DNA of 64,000 bases. Source: Anaerolineae bacterium (GTDB lineage: Bacteria > Chloroflexota > Anaerolineae > Aggregatilineales > JAFGMM01). Positions 58,871 to 64,000 of the stretch are shown in pieces. Location: contig JAFGMM010000257.1 of the NCBI GenBank assembly GCA_016927535.1, positions 1,761 through 65,760 on the forward strand, written 5' to 3'. A model generated the notes under the pieces. It was given only the letters and a program-made list of their open reading frames with translations. It was not told the DNA's origin and did no database searches. How positions within the stretch are numbered: position 1 is the stretch's first letter; each line of letters opens with the position of its first letter. The translations under genes and the position numbers were made by a program.

Positions 58871-60769
58871 CTACGGTGCAATAAGCACGGTATGATCTTC
58901 CCCCCGGCTCGCCGGCCCGCGCACACTCAGCACCGGCAGGCGCGCACCGCTAACCCCATTATACAACCCCAGCGTCAAAGGCGAACGGCTGTCCCGGCAG
59001 AGTTCGCCGGCACCAATCGCCTGCACCATCACGTCGCCGGGCCGCCAGTGATCGGTCGGGTAGGCCCAGGCGCCGGGCGGCGCATCATAGGCCGCGCCAT
59101 CCGCCGCGTGAACCAGCGCCGTATAAGCCGCCGAAGGCGGCGCGCTCGCCCGCCAATACAACATAAATGCCGGGTCACACCCGACCTCAAGCAGCGCCAT
59201 ACCGTCCTCGAACACGACCAGCGGTTCTTCATTCGCCTCGTCCGCCGGTCCCGCGCGGTACGCCACATATAAATGGAACGGCGGCGCATCCGGGTCATAG
59301 ACCGCCGGCGGGCCGGTCGTCACGGCCAGCACGACGGGCGGCGCCGGCAAAAGCTGCGTCAGGCGCTCCTGCGGCTCGTAGGGCCAGGCCGCCAGCAGCG
59401 CCGGCAGATGCACCTCCGGCGCCGGCTGGTCGTCGTAATAAACCTGTACGTCCGGGTGACTCGCCGTCAAATACTGCACGGACGGGTAGCGCTCCCAGAT
59501 GCGCCAATCGACCACCGCGTGCGCACTTGCATTGACCTCCGCCGCCAGCGCCGCCGCCGCGTCATCGAAAGTCAACGCGGTTTCTTCGGCGCGCACATAC
59601 ACACCGAAGTAATCGTAAACCGTCCACCCCAGGCTCACCGCGACCACCACAAACGCCGCGCCCGCCGGCCGCACGCGCGCCAGCGCATACGCCGCCGGCA
59701 GCACCGCCACCGGCAGCACCCCCACCGCGCGCAGAAAGTGCGGCGCGTCCTCGGCCAAAATAGTCGGCAGCAGCATTGTCCCTATCCATAAGACGACCGC
59801 CGCCGCCGCAAGGTTCCGCTTGAATTCGACCAGCAGCAGCGCCAATCCCGCCAGCCCGGCCAGCGCTGCCAGTGGATCGAAGACCGGGCGGCCCGGCGGG
59901 TTGTGCCGCGCGATGGTATCGCCTCGCACGCCAAACATGCCCAGCGCCGCCAGCGTATGGCGAACCAATGTCCCCGGCAGGTCACCGCCGTTGACCGCCG
60001 GCGACCAGATCGCCACCTGGTCGCTGCGACCGAGCACCAACGCCGGCTCGCGCAGCGTAAGCACGACCAGCGGCGCAAGCACCGCCGCCGCCGTGAGCAG
60101 CATCAGCGCCAGACCGCGCCAGTGTGCGCGCAGCGCCGCGTAGTGCCACGCCAGCGCGCACAGCCCGATCAGCGCCAATGCCAGCGGCATAAAACGCGCC
60201 GGCAGATAGGCATAAAACGCCAGCCCGCCGCACCCGCCGCCCATCACCAGCGCCCAACGCCGGCCGCTCTTCAAACCATGCACGCCCGCCGCCAATGCCA
60301 GCGCCATCAACAGCGGCAGCGCCGCCGCGCGGAACGCAATATGACTCAAATGCACATGCCACAGCATCACCGCCAGCAGCGCCGCTGCCAGCAGCCCCAC
60401 ACGCCGATCAAACCACGCGCGCCCCAGCGCATACGTCGCCGGCACGGTCAGCACGCCCAGCAGCGCCGCCGGCAGCCGCAGCGCAAGCGCGCTTGGTCCC
60501 AGGATTCGATTACTCAACGCCGCCAGGTAGATGTACAATGGCTCACGCCCGTTGTTGGCCGGGAAGTAAAGCGGCGTATAGCCCTTCAGCACGGCGAGCG
60601 CGTCCAGGCCGTTGATCGCTTCGTCCTGGTACAGGCCGGGCGGCGCGTCGCCCAGCGCGGCGAATCGCAAAAGCGCCGCCACGCCGAGAATGACGATCAA
60701 CGACAATCCGGCAGGAAAGGTGCGCGCGTCCTTTTCTATACGGTAGGGAGATGCCTTTAAGTTTCGCAA
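58871..60769 (-). CDS. GT39/ArnT-like membrane glycosyltransferase (PMT_2 type)
   Basis: A multi-TM 632-aa protein. The family-typical N-terminal loop is LYQDEAINGLDALAVL...GREPLYIYL. A soluble C-terminal domain follows. Confidence 0.75.
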   Translation of the reverse strand: MRNLKASPYRIEKDARTFPAGLSLIVILGVAALLRFAALGDAPPGLYQDEAINGLDALAVLKGYTPLYFPANNGREPLYIYLAALSNRILGPSALALRLPAALLGVLTVPATYALGRAWFDRRVGLLAAALLAVMLWHVHLSHIAFRAAALPLLMALALAAGVHGLKSGRRWALVMGGGCGGLAFYAYLPARFMPLALALIGLCALAWHYAALRAHWRGLALMLLTAAAVLAPLVVLTLREPALVLGRSDQVAIWSPAVNGGDLPGTLVRHTLAALGMFGVRGDTIARHNPPGRPVFDPLAALAGLAGLALLLVEFKRNLAAAAVVLWIGTMLLPTILAEDAPHFLRAVGVLPVAVLPAAYALARVRPAGAAFVVVAVSLGWTVYDYFGVYVRAEETALTFDDAAAALAAEVNASAHAVVDWRIWERYPSVQYLTASHPDVQVYYDDQPAPEVHLPALLAAWPYEPQERLTQLLPAPPVVLAVTTGPPAVYDPDAPPFHLYVAYRAGPADEANEEPLVVFEDGMALLEVGCDPAFMLYWRASAPPSAAYTALVHAADGAAYDAPPGAWAYPTDHWRPGDVMVQAIGAGELCRDSRSPLTLGLYNGVSGARLPVLSVRGPASRGEDHTVLIAP

Positions 60770-60863
60770 AGCGCCGGGATTTTAACATACGGCGGGGCAG
60801 TGTCAACCGGCGGGTTATCGGATTATCAGATCATCACTACGGAGTACACAGAGAGAAGATTTC

Positions 60864-60950
60864 TAACCACGAATAGCACGAATAATCACAAATCATTACG
60901 AATGAAAGCATTTTCTCTATTTCGCGCTGATTTGTGTCTATTCGTGGTTA
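60864..60950. repeat. Miniature palindromic element (TAACCACGAATAGCACGAATAATCACAAATCA arms)
   Basis: The left arm (60864-60895) and right arm TGATTTGTGTCTATTCGTGGTTA (60928-60950) are imperfect reverse complements. The TAACCACGAATA terminus is shared with 56875-56953. Confidence 0.6.
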
Positions 60951-60974
60951 ATGATACCATTGGCAAACTTGCTC

Positions 60975-61088
60975 CCCCTCTCCCCCTAACCCCCTCTCCC
61001 ACAAGGGGCGAGGGGGAATCAGAGCCGCCGCGCGACGATTCTGGCCCCCTTTCCCCCCTTGTGGGGGAAAGGGTTGGGGATAGAGGGG
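60975..61088. repeat. 114-nt composite palindromic element of the CCCCTCTCC family
   Basis: Imperfect terminal inverted repeats match at 15 of 18 positions. The inner hairpins pair 60991-61000 with 61005-61015 (imperfect) and 61047-61057 with 61063-61073 (perfect 11 bp). Loops ACAA and CTTGT are in mutually inverted orientation. Confidence 0.65.
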
Positions 61089-61185
61089 AATTCGCCAACA
61101 ACATCGTTAATTCTCTTCCCCCTCTTCCGGGTAGAGCCAAAAACCTCCGTGTTCTCCGTGGTCAACAAATCTTCTGGAGGTTCAC

Positions 61186-62403
61186 TTGCGCGTACTCATG
61201 GTCTCAAAAGCCTGCCTGGTAGGAACCTACCAGCGCAAGCTCGAAGAAATCGCCCGGTTCGACGATATCGAACTCACCGTCGTCACGCCGCCGGCCTGGC
61301 GCGACGCGCGCGGCAAAATCAAACTAGAGCGCGCCCACCTGCGCGGCTACACGCTCGCTGTGGAGCCGCTGGCGCTGAACGGGCATTTTCACCTGCATTT
61401 CTATCCCACGCTTGGCAGGATCATTAAGCGCGTGCGGCCCGATATCGTGCACATCGACGAGGAGCCGTACAACCTGGCGACCTGGCACGCGCTTTGGCTG
61501 GCGAAGCGCGCCGGCGCAAAGGCGCTCTTCTTTACCTGGCAGAACATCGCGCGCCGCTACCCGCCTCCGTTCGACCGGGGCGAGGCGTGGGTACTGCGCC
61601 GCGCCGATTACGGCATCGCCGGGACGCAGGACGCGGCGCAGGTCTGGCGCGCGAAGGGCTACGCCGGCCCGCTCGCCGTCATCCCACAGTTCGGCGTCGA
61701 TATGGATCTCTTCTCGCCCTCATCCCCGGCCCTTCTCCCACAAGGGGAGAAGGGAGCCGGAGCACGCTCCGAAAGTCCCCTCTCCTCTTGTGGGAGAGGG
61801 GATTTAGGGGAGAGGGAGAGCCGGTCACAACCGCGCACGGCGCGGCGCGAAGGGGAATTCATCATCGGCTACGCGGGGCGGCTGGTGCCGGAGAAGGGCG
61901 TCGATCTGCTGCTCGACGCGGCGGCGGGACTGCCCGGCGACTGGCGCATCGAGATTCTGGGCAGCGGCCCGGAAGAAGCGGCGCTGAAAGCGCAGGCGGC
62001 GCGCCTGGGCATCGCCGGGCGCGTGAGCTTCACCGCGTGGGCGCCCAGCGACCAAATGCCTGATTTCTACCGCCGCATCGATGCGCTGGCGCTGCCTTCG
62101 CGCACCCGGTCCAACTGGAAAGAACAGTTCGGGCGCGTCCTCATCGAGGCGATGGCGTGCGGCGCGCCGGTCGTCGGCTCAGACAGCGGCGCTATCCCGG
62201 AGGTGATCGCTTACGCCGGCATGATCTTCCCCGAAGGCGACGCCGGCGCGCTGCGCGAGCGGCTGGCGCTCCTGATGAACGATGCGAAAGTGTGGGCGGA
62301 GCTTTCGCAGTTGGGGCCGGCGCGGGTGGGCGTGCGCTTCACTCACCAGAAAATCGCGGCGGATACTGTGAACGTGTATTACGAAATGATGGAAAGCGGG
62401 TAG
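61186..62403 (+). CDS. GT4-family (group 1) glycosyltransferase carrying an internal repeat-derived insert
   Basis: TTG start with GGAGG 5 nt upstream. The C-terminal Rossmann signature is GRLVPEKGVD...EQFGRVLIEAMACGAPVVGSDSGAIPEVI. A Pro/Gly/Ser/Glu-rich segment sits at the interdomain linker. Confidence 0.85.
   Translation: MRVLMVSKACLVGTYQRKLEEIARFDDIELTVVTPPAWRDARGKIKLERAHLRGYTLAVEPLALNGHFHLHFYPTLGRIIKRVRPDIVHIDEEPYNLATWHALWLAKRAGAKALFFTWQNIARRYPPPFDRGEAWVLRRADYGIAGTQDAAQVWRAKGYAGPLAVIPQFGVDMDLFSPSSPALLPQGEKGAGARSESPLSSCGRGDLGERESRSQPRTARREGEFIIGYAGRLVPEKGVDLLLDAAAGLPGDWRIEILGSGPEEAALKAQAARLGIAGRVSFTAWAPSDQMPDFYRRIDALALPSRTRSNWKEQFGRVLIEAMACGAPVVGSDSGAIPEVIAYAGMIFPEGDAGALRERLALLMNDAKVWAELSQLGPARVGVRFTHQKIAADTVNVYYEMMESG
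61717..61822 (+). repeat. CCCCTCTCC-family double-hairpin element located inside the GT4 coding sequence
   Basis: Hairpin CCCTTCTCCC (61730-61739) pairs with GGGAGAAGGG (61745-61754) around loop ACAAG. Hairpin CCCCTCTCC (61777-61785) pairs with GGAGAGGGG (61793-61801) around loop TCTTGTG. The layout matches 60975-61088. Outer boundaries are approximate. Confidence 0.55.
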
Positions 62404-62442
62404 AATTGAGTCCACGCCCTACAGTACCCAGGAGAACCGATA

Positions 62443-63543
62443 GTGCCGATCACGCTTAACCCTGAAGGCAAAAAAGCCGTCCTGAGCATCGACGCCGGCG
62501 GCGCGCGCGGCATCCTTCCCGTGATGTCGCTGGTCAAGCTGGAAGAAGCCACCGGCCAAAAGTGTCACGACCTGTTCGATTTCGTCGCCGGCACCAGCGT
62601 CGGCGCGATGATCGCCGGCGCGGTCGCGGTCGGCGATCTGGCGGCCGGCGAGATGGTCGAACTCTACGACCGCTTCGTCAGCACCATCTTGAAGATCGAC
62701 TACTTCGCGCTGGTCTTCCGGCACATGTTCCGCTTTCTGTTCGACAAAGCCAAACTGCGCGAACTGCTGTATCACTACTTCGGCGATGTCACGCTGGGCC
62801 AGCTTGACAGAGCCATTCTCATCCCGGTGAAGGACATGCACCGCGCCGAGACGATTTTCTTCGTCAACCGTGGCCCCGGCGCGCCCATTTGCGACGACTT
62901 CCCGCTCGCGCAGGTCGTCGAGGCCAGCATCTCGGCCCCGGTCTTCTTCGAGCCATACGGCGACGCGGTAGACGGCGGCGTGGGCACCTTCGGCAACGTG
63001 TGCTATACCGCCACGGTCGAGGCGATGGAATACCTGCGCTACGACGATCTTAACTGGAAAGACGACAACATCCTACACCTCTCGTTCGGCACCGGCATGT
63101 CGTCTAAGAGCCTGCCGCGCGGCGCCGTGCGCTACTGGCTGCCGTGGCAGTGGCCGCTGTGGCTGCTCAACGAAGCGATGGAGGAGGCCAGCGATACCAG
63201 CATCCGGCTCACCCTGCGCCACTACCGCGACCGGATGGACTTCCGCCGCTACCAGGTTTCGCTGAGCGACGACGTGGTGAAAAGCGAACTCGGCGTAGAG
63301 ATTCCGCCCGGCCTCAGCTCGAACAAGCTGCGGCTCAGCTCCTCCAAGCCGGAGCAGGTGAAGTTGATGAAAGATATCGGCGCTGCCTTCGCCAAGAACC
63401 TGGATTTCGCCCTGACCGGCGAGCAGCTTATCCAGAACCCGCCGCCCGGCTACGGCGGCTGCCCGTACCCGTCGCGTTTGCCGCCGCTGGACACGCAGCG
63501 CTTAAAGGATATGTTCGCCGGGGAAGATACGACGGGCGGGTAG
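62443..63543 (+). CDS. Patatin-like phospholipase
   Basis: GTG start with AGGAG 8 nt upstream. Oxyanion motif DAGGARG, nucleophile elbow GTSVG and catalytic Asp context VDGGVG are present. Confidence 0.85.
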   Translation: MPITLNPEGKKAVLSIDAGGARGILPVMSLVKLEEATGQKCHDLFDFVAGTSVGAMIAGAVAVGDLAAGEMVELYDRFVSTILKIDYFALVFRHMFRFLFDKAKLRELLYHYFGDVTLGQLDRAILIPVKDMHRAETIFFVNRGPGAPICDDFPLAQVVEASISAPVFFEPYGDAVDGGVGTFGNVCYTATVEAMEYLRYDDLNWKDDNILHLSFGTGMSSKSLPRGAVRYWLPWQWPLWLLNEAMEEASDTSIRLTLRHYRDRMDFRRYQVSLSDDVVKSELGVEIPPGLSSNKLRLSSSKPEQVKLMKDIGAAFAKNLDFALTGEQLIQNPPPGYGGCPYPSRLPPLDTQRLKDMFAGEDTTGG

Positions 63544-63552
63544 GGTGCGCCC

Positions 63553-63909
63553 CTATTCGCTGCGCGCCCGGCCTCTGGTAAGGAACTTCCACGCAAACCA
63601 TACGACCAGCGCCAGCACGCTCACCGGGATGACCACGTTCCACAGCGCGCCCAGCGCCAGGCGCAGCACGATGCCCAGCAGTTGCAGCACGGTCAGCGCT
63701 GCGAACACCCCGCCGAAACCCCAGGTCAAGAGGTGCACATCCCAGCCGCGCGCACGCTGGTACGAGGCCGAACCCAGCAGCAGCACGGCGGTCGCAAACG
63801 AGAAGAGCAGCCAGCTTACCCACGGCGTGAGGATGGTCAGACCAAACAGCACCAGGATGCTGCCAAACGTCAGGGTTTCTATCGCGCGTTCGACACTGCT
63901 TTTTGCCAT
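63553..63909 (-). CDS. Small integral membrane protein (4 predicted TM helices), function unknown
   Basis: 118-aa ORF made almost entirely of hydrophobic helices with short basic termini. No recognisable motif. Confidence 0.55.
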   Translation of the reverse strand: MAKSSVERAIETLTFGSILVLFGLTILTPWVSWLLFSFATAVLLLGSASYQRARGWDVHLLTWGFGGVFAALTVLQLLGIVLRLALGALWNVVIPVSVLALVVWFAWKFLTRGRARSE

Positions 63910-63943
63910 TTCGTAACATACCTGCCTTTACATTAAGGGATCA

Positions 63944-63974
63944 AAAAAGGGATCGCCCAGACTGCGATCCCTTT
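63944..63974 (-). terminator. Rho-independent terminator for a minus-strand gene lying beyond the window end
   Basis: A perfect 10-bp stem pairs AAGGGATCGC (63948-63957) with GCGATCCCTT (63965-63974) around a 7-nt loop. On the minus strand it is followed directly by a T6 run (63949-63944). Confidence 0.6.
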
Positions 63975-64000
63975 GCGCGGCGTTAGCGTTCTCTGAGGTT

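Noticed and set aside
60800-61222. 140-aa and 84-aa ORFs in the GT39/GT4 spacer
   Set aside because: They are composed almost entirely of translated palindromic repeat elements (LTTNSTNNHK, PSPTRGEGE, PLVGERVGDRG). They are not credible genes.
58690-61830. Possible CRISPR array, suggested by recurring CCCCTCTCC/GGAGAGGGG hairpins
   Set aside because: The copies are not regularly spaced direct repeats with unique spacers. They are self-complementary composite elements several hundred to thousands of nt apart, in mixed contexts (one inside a CDS). No cas genes are present.
62443-63543. Patatin-like lipase as a possible CBASS or other defence effector
   Set aside because: There is no cyclase/nucleotidyltransferase, SAVED, STING or other defence partner nearby. 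The surrounding genes are envelope glycosyltransferases, so a housekeeping or envelope lipid role is more parsimonious.
1-64000. rRNA, tRNA, tmRNA or riboswitch genes
   Set aside because: The few non-coding spacers were read on both strands. No cloverleaf-compatible sequence, rRNA-like stretch or recognisable riboswitch core was seen. This visual scan cannot exclude small RNAs.

Overview
This is a high-GC bacterial chromosomal segment. Hand-counted 60-nt samples give about 73 % GC in background genes. The protein repertoire resembles filamentous Chloroflexota, but that is unverified. All domain calls come from motif recognition by eye; no database or HMM search was possible.

Block 1 (1-8.6 kb):
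- It holds the pyrG 5' end, an orphan Roadblock/LC7 gene and a MoxR AAA+/DUF58 pair.
- A low-GC two-gene island follows at 3029-6043, with 42 % GC in sampled stretches.
- The island's two products share a paralogous ~91-aa N-terminal adaptor-like domain. In one it is fused to a calcineurin-like metallophosphoesterase, in the other to a CHAT/caspase-like protease. This looks like a conflict-system effector cassette.
- The block ends with an EamA exporter and a REC-histidine kinase.

Block 2 (8965-53057), the dominant and most unusual feature:
- It is a co-directional (minus strand) array of 15 genes over ~44 kb, about 99 % coding, with several 1-4 nt overlaps.
- In transcription order it encodes: two CheY-like regulators; a 2641-aa cytoplasmic protein with 7 PAS and 9 GAF; three tandem 6TM-GAF receptors; an orphan lipoprotein solute-binding protein; five Cache- or helical-bundle-HAMP-GAF receptors; a 2391-aa Cache-HAMP protein with ~10 GAF; a 2785-aa PAS/GAF hybrid histidine kinase with four tandem receiver domains; and a threonine-synthase-like PLP enzyme fused to a receiver domain.
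- Ten of these proteins have no recognisable output domain. All ten end in the same ~44-aa module, which looks like the N-terminal third of a GAF domain.
- Ten proteins carry a short GAF-like module that seems to lack exactly that part. This suggests a split or permuted GAF coupling mechanism (hypothesis).

Block 3 (53.4-64 kb):
- This is a cell-envelope locus: a PIG-L deacetylase, a GNAT, two tandem CBM-LysM-SdrD-like anchored proteins, a GT39/ArnT-like protein, a GT4 and a patatin-like lipase.
- It is peppered with at least three families of miniature palindromic repeats. One copy appears to be inserted in frame inside the GT4 gene.

No rRNA, tRNA, CRISPR array, transposase or integrase was recognised.
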